Positions 37,616 through 50,338 are shown, numbered from the stretch's first letter. The stretch is 64,000 nt of DNA from Candidatus Omnitrophica bacterium UBA6249 (GCA_002441305.1 DJVT01000005.1:11704-75703), one strand, 5' to 3'. A program made the numbers and translations. The notes: generated by a model from the letters alone, not told the origin.

Positions 37616-39450
37616 TATTCAACGGTAACTGACTTGGCCAGGTTGCGCGGTTGATCTACGTCGCAACCGCGCTTAACAGAAATATGGTAGGCTAAAAGCT
37701 GCAGCGGCAAAACCACCAGAAGCGGGGAAAATAGTTCGTTGCATTTAGGGATATAAACCACCTCCCCCGTAAGCTCCTTTATATTGCCGTCACCTTTCGT
37801 GGCAATGGAAATTATCCTTCCCTTGCGGGAATGTATCTCCTGAATGTTCGATATCATCTTTTCGTAAATTTTGGAGGCTGGGGTTATGCAGACCACCGCG
37901 CGGTACTCGTCGATAAGGGCAATGGGCCCATGTTTCATTTCTCCTGCGGCGTAACCTTCGGCGGGAATATAGGAAATCTCCTTTAATTTTAAAGCGCCCT
38001 CCAAAGCCGACGGGTAATTTATATTTCTCCCCAGATAGAGAAAAGATCCAAAATGCGAATGCCTTCTGGCGGTGCGGGCAATATTGCTCTGGTTTTTTAA
38101 AATCTCGGCCTGTTTTTTCGGAATAAGTTTCAATTCTTTAACCAGCTTGCGTATTTTATCCGCCTGCATGGAACGCCTCACCTTTGCAAGATAAAACGCA
38201 AATAGATATATTGCCACCAGCTGAGCCGTATAGGCCTTGGTGGAGGCCACGCCGATTTCCGGCCCCGCATGAGTATACATAACCGCGTCCGATTCGCGGG
38301 TCAGAGTGGATCCCAATACGTTGCATATAGAAAATACCGAAGCCCCGAATTTACGCGCCTGCCTAACTCCTGCCAAGGTATCCGCGGTTTCCCCCGATTG
38401 GCTGATCGCCAAAACTAAAGTATTCTTATCGATAAGCAGATCGCGATAACGGAATTCGCTGGAAACATCGATTTGGGTAGGAACTCTGGAAACAGTCTCA
38501 AAAATATATTTTCCTACCAGTCCGGCATGATAAGCAGTGCCGCAGGCCACAATAAAAATGTTCTTAACGCCTTTAAGCCTATCCTGAGAAATCTCCCGCT
38601 CTTTAAAAAAAACTTCCCCGTCCTTGGAAATTCTGGAATTTATAAGATTGTCCAGGATCCTGGGTTGTTCATTTATCTCCTTCAGCATAAAATGCTTATA
38701 ACCCTGCTTCTGGGCCTGCTCAATATTCCAATTAAGCCTTTCCGGATTCTTGCGCACTTCCCGACCTTCCAAATCGGTCACCCGGAAACCGTTTTTGTTC
38801 AAAACAACCATTTCGTTCTCTTCAAGAAAAACGATATCCTTGGTATATTCCAGAATTGCCGGGGCATCGGAAGCGATAAAGTTCTCGTTTTTCCCAACCC
38901 CCACTATCAAAGGGCTTCCCGAACGCGCCCCCACCAATTTCCCGGGCTCCCTGCCTGAAATAACCGCAATAGCAAAAGTCCCGGTAACTAACTTGAGCGC
39001 CTTACGGACAGCCTCTTCCAAAGTCGCATTCTTATAGAATTTCTCGATAAGATGGACGATGGTCTCGGTATCCGTCTGACTGCAAAATGAATGCCCCTCT
39101 TTTACAAGCTGGCCCCTGAGACTTTCATAATTTTCTATAATTCCGTTATGCACAAGGGCAATCTCTCCTTTGCAGTCAAGATGCGGATGCGCGTTTACCT
39201 GGGTAGGAGCCCCATGGGTAGCCCAGCGCGTATGCGCAATGCCCAAAGAACCTTCCAAAGGACGAGATTTAAGAAGTTTATCGAGAGAAGTTATTTTCCC
39301 GGACGCTTTTCTTACGGAAAGAGTATTTCTGGAAGGAATAACTACGGAGATCCCGCTTGAATCGTAACCGCGGTACTCCAGGCGCCTAAGCCCGGACAGA
39401 AGAACCTCCTGGGCCGATCTCTCACCGATATATCCCACTATCCCGCACAT
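37615..39450 (-). CDS. glmS: glutamine--fructose-6-phosphate aminotransferase
   Basis: N-terminal nucleophile MCGIVGY, two SIS domains, C-terminal ..LAKSVTVE. Confidence 0.95.
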   Translation of the reverse strand: MCGIVGYIGERSAQEVLLSGLRRLEYRGYDSSGISVVIPSRNTLSVRKASGKITSLDKLLKSRPLEGSLGIAHTRWATHGAPTQVNAHPHLDCKGEIALVHNGIIENYESLRGQLVKEGHSFCSQTDTETIVHLIEKFYKNATLEEAVRKALKLVTGTFAIAVISGREPGKLVGARSGSPLIVGVGKNENFIASDAPAILEYTKDIVFLEENEMVVLNKNGFRVTDLEGREVRKNPERLNWNIEQAQKQGYKHFMLKEINEQPRILDNLINSRISKDGEVFFKEREISQDRLKGVKNIFIVACGTAYHAGLVGKYIFETVSRVPTQIDVSSEFRYRDLLIDKNTLVLAISQSGETADTLAGVRQARKFGASVFSICNVLGSTLTRESDAVMYTHAGPEIGVASTKAYTAQLVAIYLFAFYLAKVRRSMQADKIRKLVKELKLIPKKQAEILKNQSNIARTARRHSHFGSFLYLGRNINYPSALEGALKLKEISYIPAEGYAAGEMKHGPIALIDEYRAVVCITPASKIYEKMISNIQEIHSRKGRIISIATKGDGNIKELTGEVVYIPKCNELFSPLLVVLPLQLLAYHISVKRGCDVDQPRNLAKSVTVE

Positions 39451-39528
39451 TAGGCACCTTAATTTTACTGCGCATTTTCCGCAGGCAGCGGTTAACCTCC
39501 CCCTGGAACGAAAAATGCGTTATCAAAA

Positions 39529-39603
39529 TGACCCTGACGGGATTTGAACCCGTGTCGAGAGCTTGAAAAGCTCTTGTCCTAGACCAGGCTAGACGACAGG
39601 GTC
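39529..39603 (-). tRNA. tRNA-Glu (TTC), CCA not encoded
   Basis: Acceptor GACCCTG/CAGGGTC, anticodon arm AGAGC-TTTTCAA-GCTCT, T-arm ACGGG-TTCAAAT-CCCGT. Confidence 0.85.
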
Positions 39604-39608
39604 GAAGA

Positions 39609-42038
39609 TCATTCTTCCTCGGCAATTACCGGGGCAACACATGAAACTAAATCTTTATTTTGCAGCTTAATCAACCGCACGCCCTGAGAAGAACGGCCGG
39701 TCTCGCGGATGTCTTTTATCGCACAACGCAGGAATATCCCGTTTTGCGTAATAACCATAAGCTCATCTTTATCGTTTACCGACTTTAAATTAACCGCTTC
39801 GCCGTTTTTATCCGTTACTTTGATATTGATAACTCCTTTGCCGCCGCGGCCGGTCAAACGGTATTCATCGATAGTGGTGCGCTTAGCAAACCCCAAGTTG
39901 GTAACCGTAAGAATGGTGGCATCTTTTTGCGGGACCACCATATCGATAACCTCATCCCCCTTGTCCAGGGAAATTGCACGCACCCCATGCGCAGCCCTTC
40001 CCATATCGCGCACGTCCTCCTCGGAAAATCTTATCGCCTTTCCCTGTCTCGTGCCAATCAACAATTCCTGCTTGCCGTCGGTCATCTCCACGCCGATCAA
40101 AGCGTCGTTTTTATCCAGGGTGATCCCGATAATCCCGCCTTTGCGGGGATTGCCGTAAAGGTCAAGTTTCGTTTTCTTGACCTGCCCCAGCCGGGTGACC
40201 ATCACCAGGTATCTGTCCGGCGAAAACTCCTTTACCGGGATAGTGGAGCTTATCCTGGCCCCGGCTTCCATCTGTACCAGATTGACTATCGCCTTGCCTT
40301 TGGATATGCGGCTGGCCTGCGGTATTTCGTATACCTTGAGCCAATGCACCTGGCCCTTATCTGTAAAAATAAGCAGATAGTCCTTGGTCGAGGCTACAAA
40401 AAGATGCTCGCTAAAATCCTCCTCCTTCAGCTCCGCCCCGGTCACTCCCACCCCCCCGCGCTTCTGCTTACGGTAAGAGCTTACCGGAAGGCGTTTGATA
40501 TACCCTCCGTGGCTGATCGTAACTACCACATCTTCTTCCGCGATAAGATCCTCTATTTCAAACTCCTCGGCCTCTCCCACTATATCCGTGCATCTCTGGT
40601 CTCCGTATTTTTTCTTCAAGTTCTCCAGCTCTTCCTTGACTATCGCTTCAACTTTTTTCTGGGAAGCCAGTATCGCTCTGCACAATTCTATTTTTTTCAA
40701 AAGTTCTTTATATTCGGCATCTATCTTATCGCGCTCGAGGGCGGTCAGACGCTGCAACTGCATTTCAAGAATCGCCTGCGATTGAATTTCGGACAAACCA
40801 AACTCCTTCATCAAGTTCGACTTGGCGCTTTCGACACTCTTGGAAGTCTTGATAATCTTGATAATCCTGTCAATGAACTTGAGCGCTATCTTCAACCCCT
40901 CCAGAATATGCGCTCTTTTCAAAGCTTTGTCCAGTTCAAACTGGGTGCGCCTGCGGATAACCACCCTGCGGTGTTCAACATAACATTCCAAAACCTGCTT
41001 TAAGTTTAAAATTTTCGGCCGGTTATCCACCAGGGCGAGCATAATAACCCCAAAGGTATTTTCCAGCTGGGTATGCTTAAACAGCTGGTTCAACACTATC
41101 TGGGATTCCGTATCGCGTTTTAGCTCAACAACCAAACGCATCCCTTCTTTATCCGATTCGTCGCGGATATCGGAAATCCCTTCAATCTTTTTGTCATCCA
41201 CCAAAGAAACGATCGATTCGATAATGCTTGTTTTTTGAACCTGGTAAGGAATCTCGGTAAAAACAATCAGGTCCTTGCCGTTCTTTTGGTGTTCAATAGT
41301 CGCCCTCGCGCGCACAACAAGCCTTCCCCTGCCGGTAGTATAAGCGTCCTTGATTCCGCCCTTGCCGCAAATTAACCCCCCGGTAGGAAAATCCGGCCCC
41401 TTGACATAACGCATAAGGTCTTTTATCTCGGCATCCGGGTTATCAAGCAGATATACAATTGCGTCACAGACCTCATTCAAGTTGTGCGGAGGAATGTTGG
41501 TGGCCATACCGACAGCGATCCCGCTTGAACCGTTCACGAGAAGATTGGGCAATGCGGCAGGCAAAAGAAGCGGTTCCTTAAGCGAAGAGTCGAAATTGGG
41601 GCCGAAGGAAACCGTATTCTTCTCGATGTCCCCGAGCAGCTCATCGGAAATCGCCGCAAGACGGGCTTCGGTATAACGCATCGCCGCGGCGGCATCGCCG
41701 TCTATGGAACCAAAGTTCCCCTGCCCGTCCACCAGGGGATAGCGCATCGTAAAGTCTTGAGCCAGCCTGACCAAGGTATCGTATATCGCCATATCCCCAT
41801 GCGGATGATATTTACCCATGGTTTCGCCGACTATACGCGCGCATTTTTTGTAAGGCTTTGAATGCTCAAGGTTCAATTCCTGCATCGCGTAAAGTATCCT
41901 GCGGTGCACCGGTTTAAGCCCGTCGCGAACGTCAGGCAAAGCCCTGCCGATAATTACGCTCATCGCGTAATTCAAATAAGAATCCTTTACTTCTTCTTCC
42001 ACATAAACCGGTACTATCTTTTCATTGCGCGTGTACAT
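39609..42038 (-). CDS. gyrA: DNA gyrase subunit A
   Basis: [27 protein letters not shown], active-site region AAAMRYTE, and a C-terminal beta-pinwheel with a GyrA-box-like QKRGGVG. Confidence 0.95.
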   Translation of the reverse strand: MYTRNEKIVPVYVEEEVKDSYLNYAMSVIIGRALPDVRDGLKPVHRRILYAMQELNLEHSKPYKKCARIVGETMGKYHPHGDMAIYDTLVRLAQDFTMRYPLVDGQGNFGSIDGDAAAAMRYTEARLAAISDELLGDIEKNTVSFGPNFDSSLKEPLLLPAALPNLLVNGSSGIAVGMATNIPPHNLNEVCDAIVYLLDNPDAEIKDLMRYVKGPDFPTGGLICGKGGIKDAYTTGRGRLVVRARATIEHQKNGKDLIVFTEIPYQVQKTSIIESIVSLVDDKKIEGISDIRDESDKEGMRLVVELKRDTESQIVLNQLFKHTQLENTFGVIMLALVDNRPKILNLKQVLECYVEHRRVVIRRRTQFELDKALKRAHILEGLKIALKFIDRIIKIIKTSKSVESAKSNLMKEFGLSEIQSQAILEMQLQRLTALERDKIDAEYKELLKKIELCRAILASQKKVEAIVKEELENLKKKYGDQRCTDIVGEAEEFEIEDLIAEEDVVVTISHGGYIKRLPVSSYRKQKRGGVGVTGAELKEEDFSEHLFVASTKDYLLIFTDKGQVHWLKVYEIPQASRISKGKAIVNLVQMEAGARISSTIPVKEFSPDRYLVMVTRLGQVKKTKLDLYGNPRKGGIIGITLDKNDALIGVEMTDGKQELLIGTRQGKAIRFSEEDVRDMGRAAHGVRAISLDKGDEVIDMVVPQKDATILTVTNLGFAKRTTIDEYRLTGRGGKGVINIKVTDKNGEAVNLKSVNDKDELMVITQNGIFLRCAIKDIRETGRSSQGVRLIKLQNKDLVSCVAPVIAEEE

Positions 42039-42840
42039 TATTCCCCGATACCTCTTTTAATTTTTTAAACAAAATTACCGCCGTCGCGGTCCAAAGCGGA
42101 GCAAGCACGATATTGGTAATAAAGCTCAGCACCGCGTCCATCCACCCAACCTGCTCCGGGCCGACCCCTGACAAATTCCCTGCCCCGATAACCATAAAAA
42201 TCGAAAGAATGGATAAAATAAACACCAAAGAATAAGTCCCTATAACAGGGGTTGCGTAATCGGAGATAAGTTCTAAGCTATGCCTCAAGGCTTCTATCGG
42301 CCTCATGCTCTCCAGAACGCAAACCATCGACCCTAAAGACCAGCGTATGGCAAAGTATACAAAACAAAATGAGCAGGCCGCCAACACAACAAGGTATAGC
42401 ACCGCCGTCAGAGCCATATTTACAGGTATAAAAATTTTTAAAACTATATTTACAGATATTATCCCCAGCAGAATAATTAAAACCAGGGTTAAAAATGTAA
42501 TTAAAACCGTGGCGACATAGCGGAAAAAGAAAACCCGCACCTGGTATATAATCTGCTTAATGGAACTATTTTCTTTTTCTAAACACGCGTTAACCCCGAG
42601 AAGCAAAGCGATATTTCCCCAAAAACTGATTACCGAAACAAACAGGTAAAAAACCAGCATCCAGAGATTCTGGTTCTGCAATTTATTGATTGGAATAAAA
42701 TAAGCGAGGCAGACCGGAAAATTAAAAATAAAATAAATGGACCCCAGTCTGCCCATATTCTTCCAGCAAAGGGCCCAAGCCTGTTTGAATATCAACACAG
42801 GGTGTATTCTTTTTTTGTTGTCGGGAATTGTTATTTCCAT
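42022..42840 (-). CDS. polytopic membrane protein of unknown function
   Basis: 272 aa with about 6-7 hydrophobic helices and no recognisable catalytic motif. It lies 5 nt after gyrB and overlaps gyrA by 17 nt. Confidence 0.6.
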   Translation of the reverse strand: MEITIPDNKKRIHPVLIFKQAWALCWKNMGRLGSIYFIFNFPVCLAYFIPINKLQNQNLWMLVFYLFVSVISFWGNIALLLGVNACLEKENSSIKQIIYQVRVFFFRYVATVLITFLTLVLIILLGIISVNIVLKIFIPVNMALTAVLYLVVLAACSFCFVYFAIRWSLGSMVCVLESMRPIEALRHSLELISDYATPVIGTYSLVFILSILSIFMVIGAGNLSGVGPEQVGWMDAVLSFITNIVLAPLWTATAVILFKKLKEVSGNNVHAQ

Positions 42841-42845
42841 ATCAA

Positions 42846-45562
<2,717 letters not shown>

Positions 45563-45563
45563 A

Positions 45564-46658
45564 TTAATTAATACGCATGGGCAGCACTATGTACACATAA
45601 CCATTGATCCGGATTACCCCGGGCTTCTCCCCGTCAATAAGCTCTAAATTTACAAAATCATCGTTCAGGTTTTTCAAAATATCTATCAGATAAACAGGAT
45701 TAAAACCTATCACCAGTTCTTTGCCCTGATATTCTGCGGCCATCTCCTCATAAAACTCGCCTACATCCGGGGTAGACTTCGAGATCACCAGTTTGTTCTT
45801 AAAAACCTCCAGCTTTACGGCTTGATAATCGGAAGTGGATAAAAGAGAGGCTCTTTTTACCGCCAGCAAGAACAGGTTGCGTTCGATCTTTATTTTATTA
45901 TCCGACACCGGGGGCACTACTTGTTTATAATCAGGGAACTCCCCTTCAATAAGGCGGGAAACTATGGCTACGCCCCCTAAATCAAAAAGAGACTGATTAT
46001 TCCCAACCACAATAGATACATCTCCCGCATCTTCCTTCAAATTACGTATCAGTTCATGTATGGTTTTAATGGGGACAATAATGTTTATATCCGCATCCAA
46101 ATCCACATCCAGCTTTCTCTCCGCTATAGCCAGCCTCTTCCCGTCAGTAGAAACAAGCGTCAAAATACCCTTGTTGATTTTAAAAAGAATTCCGTTCAAA
46201 ACATATCTTGTCTCATCGAAGGAAACGGCAAAAGAAGTCAACCCCAGCATTTCTCTTAGTGTAGATTGTTTAATCTTAACAACTTTTTTGTCTTTAAATT
46301 CAGGAAGTTTCGGGAACTCCTCTTTCGCTAACCCCATAATTTTAAATTGGCACAGGTCCGAATCAATAACCACCAGGTTATTCTTTTTCGTGGTTATGTT
46401 AACCATATCAACGGGAAACTCTTTAATTATATCGCTAAATCTTTTAGCGGGAATGGTTATAGCGCCGGGTTCCTGTATATCAACAGGTATTGCACAGGTT
46501 ATTCCTATATCTAAATCAGTGGCGGTAAGCCTGATTCCGAATTGTTGAGTTTCTATTAATATATTAGAAAGAATAGGTAAGGCGGATTTAGAGGTTATTA
46601 TGTTTTGTACGGTTTGAATAGAGCTTACCAGGTTATCTTTTTTCACCTTGAATTTCAT
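45564..46658 (-). CDS. dnaN: DNA polymerase III beta sliding clamp
   Basis: MKFKVKKDNLVSSIQTVQNIITSKSALPILSNILI.., three-domain length of 364 aa, C-terminal ..VLPMRI. Confidence 0.95.
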   Translation of the reverse strand: MKFKVKKDNLVSSIQTVQNIITSKSALPILSNILIETQQFGIRLTATDLDIGITCAIPVDIQEPGAITIPAKRFSDIIKEFPVDMVNITTKKNNLVVIDSDLCQFKIMGLAKEEFPKLPEFKDKKVVKIKQSTLREMLGLTSFAVSFDETRYVLNGILFKINKGILTLVSTDGKRLAIAERKLDVDLDADINIIVPIKTIHELIRNLKEDAGDVSIVVGNNQSLFDLGGVAIVSRLIEGEFPDYKQVVPPVSDNKIKIERNLFLLAVKRASLLSTSDYQAVKLEVFKNKLVISKSTPDVGEFYEEMAAEYQGKELVIGFNPVYLIDILKNLNDDFVNLELIDGEKPGVIRINGYVYIVLPMRIN

Positions 46659-46796
46659 TATTTGTTTCTCCTTATTTATTATATAAATATTTATATATCT
46701 TTGTAATATTCATTGGGTTAAATCTCTGTTGAAAAGTTTATAACCGGCATAATTTTAAGATATTACAGCAAAAAAACATGTTGAATAACCGGTGAA
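46659..46796. other. AT-rich dnaA-dnaN spacer, candidate DNA-unwinding element of a bipartite oriC
   Basis: It contains TTATTTATTATATAAATATTTATATATCTTTGTAATATTC, which is almost pure A/T. I see no perfect DnaA box here, only weak 7/9 matches. Confidence 0.35.
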
Positions 46797-48137
46797 TTAC
46801 TGTTTAATTACTTGGATAACTTTTTCAACCTGTTCTTTTAATAAGGGGTTTTTCCCGACACCGTCCTTTATCTTTTTACAAGAGTGCAATACTGTAGTGT
46901 GGTCCTTCCCTCCGAACATCTCTCCTATTTCGGGCAATGAAAGATCGGTTAACTCCCTGCTTAAATACATCGCAATTTGCCTCGGTAAAACAACCTGTTT
47001 GTTACGCCTCTTTGTCTTTAATTCCTGCAAAGAGACCCCGAATTCTTCCGCAACGCAGCGTTGAATAAAATCCACGGTTATAAGCTTTTTAGGTTCTTTT
47101 AACAGGTCTTTTAACACTTCTTTTGTTAAATCCAGACTTATAGGCTCTTCTTCCAGTAATGAATAAGCGATAGTCCTGATCAGCGCTCCTTCGAGTTCCC
47201 GGATGTTGGTTTTTATAAGCTGAGCGATAAAGAAGATCACATCTTCAGGAACGTTTACCGGTTCCCTTTCTATTTTTTTCTTCAGAATTGCCACTCTTGT
47301 TTCCAGGTCGGGGAGCTGGATATCGGTTGCTAAGCCCCATCCAAAACGCGATACAAGTCTTTCCTGGAGATTGGTGATTTCTTTAGGCGGCCGGTCGGAG
47401 GAAAAAATGATTTGTTTGTGAGCGTCATACAGCGAGTTGAAAGTATGGAAAAATTCCTCCTGGGTTGATTCTTTTCCGGCAATAAAGTGGATGTCGTCGA
47501 TAACCAGCACATCCAGATTGCGGTATTTCTGGCGAAACGACGAGGTTGTCCTATGGAGGATTGCATCGATCAGCTCATTGGTAAACTTTTCGCTTGATAC
47601 ATAGCAAATTTTTGTTTCAGGAGAAGAGCTGTTTTTTATTTGATGGCAAATAGCCTGTATGAGATGGGTTTTCCCGAGCCCCACCCCGCCGTATATAAAT
47701 AAAGGGTTATAGGTTTTTGCCGGGGAATTGGCAACCGACAGAGAATACGCATGAGCGTGCCGATTGGAGGGTCCCACTACAAAGTTTTCAAAGGTGTAGC
47801 GTGAATTCAGATTGAGTAACGCGCTTTTGGGGAGCGTCCTCGTTGCGCAGGCCTCTTTTTTTATTTCTATTTCAGGCAGGGCCTTTTCTCTGCTGTCTGC
47901 GCTGAGGGAAATGTCTGTGGAGTCAAGCCCGGTTTCTTTTAAAGCCAAAAGAATGGAATCCCAGTAATGCTTTTCCACCCAGGTTTTAAAAAATTGGTCC
48001 GGGGCTTCAAGATTAATTTTTCCCCCGTCGGAGGAAGAAATTTTCAAAGGGGATATCCAGGTCAAAAGGATGGTGTCTCCCAGTTTGGCTTTGAGGTGTT
48101 CCTTGGCCTCTTCCCAGGATTTTATCAAGTCAGACAT
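46797..48137 (-). CDS. dnaA: chromosomal replication initiator DnaA
   Basis: Walker A GGVGLGKTHL, box VII/sensor motifs, C-terminal HTH ..GGKDHTTVLHSCKKI. The track start is GTG 48203. I prefer ATG 48137 (MSDLIKSWEEAKEHL..), which gives a typical DnaA N-terminus. Confidence 0.9.
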   Translation of the reverse strand: MSDLIKSWEEAKEHLKAKLGDTILLTWISPLKISSSDGGKINLEAPDQFFKTWVEKHYWDSILLALKETGLDSTDISLSADSREKALPEIEIKKEACATRTLPKSALLNLNSRYTFENFVVGPSNRHAHAYSLSVANSPAKTYNPLFIYGGVGLGKTHLIQAICHQIKNSSSPETKICYVSSEKFTNELIDAILHRTTSSFRQKYRNLDVLVIDDIHFIAGKESTQEEFFHTFNSLYDAHKQIIFSSDRPPKEITNLQERLVSRFGWGLATDIQLPDLETRVAILKKKIEREPVNVPEDVIFFIAQLIKTNIRELEGALIRTIAYSLLEEEPISLDLTKEVLKDLLKEPKKLITVDFIQRCVAEEFGVSLQELKTKRRNKQVVLPRQIAMYLSRELTDLSLPEIGEMFGGKDHTTVLHSCKKIKDGVGKNPLLKEQVEKVIQVIKQ

Positions 48138-48217
48138 TTTACACAGGTGTTCACTTTTTTTGAAGGAACCTTTTGCGGTAATTGGAATTAACAGATTGTA
48201 CACATATTGTATAAATC

Positions 48218-48226
48218 TGTGGATAA
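48218..48226 (-). promoter_or_regulatory. perfect DnaA box (TTATCCACA on minus strand)
   Basis: The plus strand reads TGTGGATAA. It lies between the candidate dnaA promoter and the dnaA start. Confidence 0.7.
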
Positions 48227-48309
48227 GATAAAGCTACTGTCAAAAAGCCTATATTTATTTTTTGACCAGGAATTAAAACTATTGCCAATCTAAGAGTTAA
48301 ACTTCAATC

Positions 48310-48337
48310 ATTATACATTAAACTTCGCCCCCGTCAA
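48310..48337 (-). promoter_or_regulatory. candidate dnaA promoter
   Basis: Minus strand TTGACG-16 nt-TATAAT. Confidence 0.55.
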
Positions 48338-48345
48338 TAAAAAAC

Positions 48346-48374
48346 TTGACCACGCTAATATTGTATGTTACAAT
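48346..48374 (+). promoter_or_regulatory. candidate rpmH promoter
   Basis: Plus strand TTGACC-17 nt-TACAAT. Its -35 element is 8 bp from the divergent dnaA -35. Confidence 0.55.
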
Positions 48375-48452
48375 TCACAGAATTAACAAGCGTAGGAAAT
48401 ATAAATTCCCGGGGAGGTTGGGATTTCCCGGGACAAGCGGAGGTTGTTTTCG

Positions 48453-48590
48453 ATGAAGAAAAATCTAAAAACACCGTCGAATATCGTAGGGAAAAAACGC
48501 CAGGGATTCCGTAAAAAGATGTCAACCAAGTCCGGCAGGAAACTGATTGCTCGTCGACGGAAAAAAGGCAGAAAAAAGCTTTCAATTTAA
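48453..48590 (+). CDS. rpmH: 50S ribosomal protein L34
   Basis: Too short for the ORF track. My translation is MKKNLKTPSNIVGKKRQGFRKKMSTKSGRKLIARRRKKGRKKLSI. SD GGAGG lies 9 nt upstream. Confidence 0.9.
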   Translation: MKKNLKTPSNIVGKKRQGFRKKMSTKSGRKLIARRRKKGRKKLSI

Positions 48591-48596
48591 TTCCGG

Positions 48597-48806
48597 ATGA
48601 AACTGGCAGTAAATTTGATTAATTTATATCAACGATATCTGCGGCCTTTTTTGCCGGTAAGCTGCCGTTTCGAGCCAAGCTGTTCAGAGTATACTAAACA
48701 GGCGATACAGAAATACGGCCTAATCAAAGGATCAATTAAGGGGTTTAAAAGAGTCTTGATTTGCCATCCGTTCTCCGGCCGGTCAGGATATGACCCACTC
48801 ATTTAA
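48597..48806 (+). CDS. yidD: membrane protein insertion efficiency factor YidD
   Basis: LINLYQRYLRPFLPVSCRFEPSCSEY..HPFSGRSGYDP is the canonical YidD sequence. Confidence 0.9.
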   Translation: MKLAVNLINLYQRYLRPFLPVSCRFEPSCSEYTKQAIQKYGLIKGSIKGFKRVLICHPFSGRSGYDPLI

Positions 48807-48808
48807 TT

Positions 48809-50338
48809 ATGGAAAAACGTTTAATAGCAGCTATAGCGCTTTCTTTATTAGTACTTTTAAGTTGGTCTGCCTTGGCTCCAAAGTCGCAACATATTGGGGC
48901 TGATAGTGTTATAAAAAATCCCACGCAGACCGGTTATCCTGTTGCCGATAAGCAGGAAACTCCATCCACAGAGGCCATGGCAGATACTTCCCCGGGCGCC
49001 CCTAAAGAAAAGACGGTGTTTTACCAGCTCGATAGAGAGATAACTTTTGATCCGCTAAGGGCGGATATCGCAGAGGTAGTTTTTAAGAAAAATAGGGAGC
49101 ATCGTCTTGTACTGAAAAACGGATTATATTTTGATTCCCCGTCAAACTTTAAGCAAAAGGCGGCATCTAAAGAAGAGATTTCTTTTGTATCCGAAGATAA
49201 AAATAGACGTATAACCAAGAATTTCGTTATACTTAACAATAGTAATACCATAGAGTTAAAGATTTTGGTTCAAAATTTAAGCCCTCGCCCAATTTCTGTC
49301 AATAACAGGCTGACATTGGGTACTCTGGATATTTCAAACAAGAACAGCCAGGCGAGATATCAGGATGTTTATATAGGGACCAATGAAAAGACCTTCCATT
49401 CATCGGCTTCTAAAACAATCAATGAAGCAAGTATCAAATTTATAGGGTTGAGGGATCAATATTTTTGTGCCATTATTGAACCATTGGATAGCGATTATAG
49501 CGGTTATATCAAGAAGATCAGTAACCAGGAGTCTGAAATCGGAATATTTGGCAGTAATTTAAATTTAGGGCCGGGCGAACAGATTGGACATTCTTATAAA
49601 ATCTACTTAGGCCCGCAAAAATTAAAAGCAATTAATGAAATAAATCCTGAATGGACAGGCATTATTTATTTTGGAATATTTGATTTTATCGCCCAGCTTT
49701 TATTACAACTTTTAGGGTTATTTTATAATATAGTGCATAATTGGGGTTGGGCAATTATTATATTGAGCGTTGCCGTATTCCTTCTTTTGTTTCCTCTCAT
49801 GTTGAAGCAAATGAAATCCATGAAAGAAATGCAGGCGCTGCAGCCTAAAATTGAAGAATTGAGAAAGCAATTTAAGGATAATCCGCAAAGGCTTAATAAA
49901 GAAATGATGGAACTGTATAAGGTCCACCAGGTTAATCCGCTTGGCGGATGCCTTCCTCTATTATTGCAGATGCCCATATTTTTTGCTTTATATCAAGCCT
50001 TAATCCGTTCAGTAGATTTGCGAGGAGCAGATTTTCTATGGATCAAGGACCTGTCATCTCCAGACCAGCTTTTTGTTCTAAAAAATTCCATTCCTATCCT
50101 GGGCAATCAGGTAAATTTATTGCCCATATTAATGGCTATTGGGATGTTTGTACAGCAAAAAATATCTGTAGTTAAAGCTACTGGCGATGCTGCGCAACAA
50201 CAAAAAATAATGTCCATTGTAATGCCGGTAATGTTTGGTGTTATTTTTTACCATATGCCGGCAGGACTGGTGCTTTATTGGTTTGTGAATAGCACATTAA
50301 TGCTTGTTTATCAAATGCGCCTAAATAAACAAAAATGA
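48809..50338 (+). CDS. yidC: membrane protein insertase YidC
   Basis: N-terminal TM, a large periplasmic domain, and the conserved core WGWAIIILSV..LYKVHQVNPLGGCLPLLLQMPIFFALY. Confidence 0.9.
   Translation: MEKRLIAAIALSLLVLLSWSALAPKSQHIGADSVIKNPTQTGYPVADKQETPSTEAMADTSPGAPKEKTVFYQLDREITFDPLRADIAEVVFKKNREHRLVLKNGLYFDSPSNFKQKAASKEEISFVSEDKNRRITKNFVILNNSNTIELKILVQNLSPRPISVNNRLTLGTLDISNKNSQARYQDVYIGTNEKTFHSSASKTINEASIKFIGLRDQYFCAIIEPLDSDYSGYIKKISNQESEIGIFGSNLNLGPGEQIGHSYKIYLGPQKLKAINEINPEWTGIIYFGIFDFIAQLLLQLLGLFYNIVHNWGWAIIILSVAVFLLLFPLMLKQMKSMKEMQALQPKIEELRKQFKDNPQRLNKEMMELYKVHQVNPLGGCLPLLLQMPIFFALYQALIRSVDLRGADFLWIKDLSSPDQLFVLKNSIPILGNQVNLLPILMAIGMFVQQKISVVKATGDAAQQQKIMSIVMPVMFGVIFYHMPAGLVLYWFVNSTLMLVYQMRLNKQK

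Noticed and set aside
39451-39528. Possible glmS ribozyme upstream of glmS
   Set aside because: Only 78 nt separate glmS from tRNA-Glu, which is too short for the ribozyme core of about 170 nt. None of its conserved segments are visible.
39422-39625. 67-aa minus-strand ORF
   Set aside because: It is made up almost entirely of the tRNA-Glu gene and its flanks, so it is not coding.
39927-41003. 358-aa plus-strand ORF
   Set aside because: It is antisense to gyrA and has no motifs. It is a shadow ORF.
7730-42038. Five gene pairs share an identical 17-nt overlap (TPR/flavoenzyme, flavoenzyme/WecA-like, pyrF/atpE, pyrB/pyrC, membrane protein/gyrA), which could hint at a shared motif
   Set aside because: I compared two of the five junctions and saw no common motif. 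All the longer overlaps in the window fall in the 3n+2 phase class that is usual for compact genomes, so coincidence is the simplest explanation.
48138-48203. Longer dnaA start (GTG at 48203) given by the track
   Set aside because: The 22 extra residues (MYNLLIPITAKGSFKKSEHLCK) do not resemble a DnaA N-terminus. The ATG at 48137 gives a canonical one. I kept it as an alternative only.
48355-48585. 76-aa minus-strand ORF
   Set aside because: It is antisense to rpmH, which has a clear L34 sequence, an SD and a promoter.
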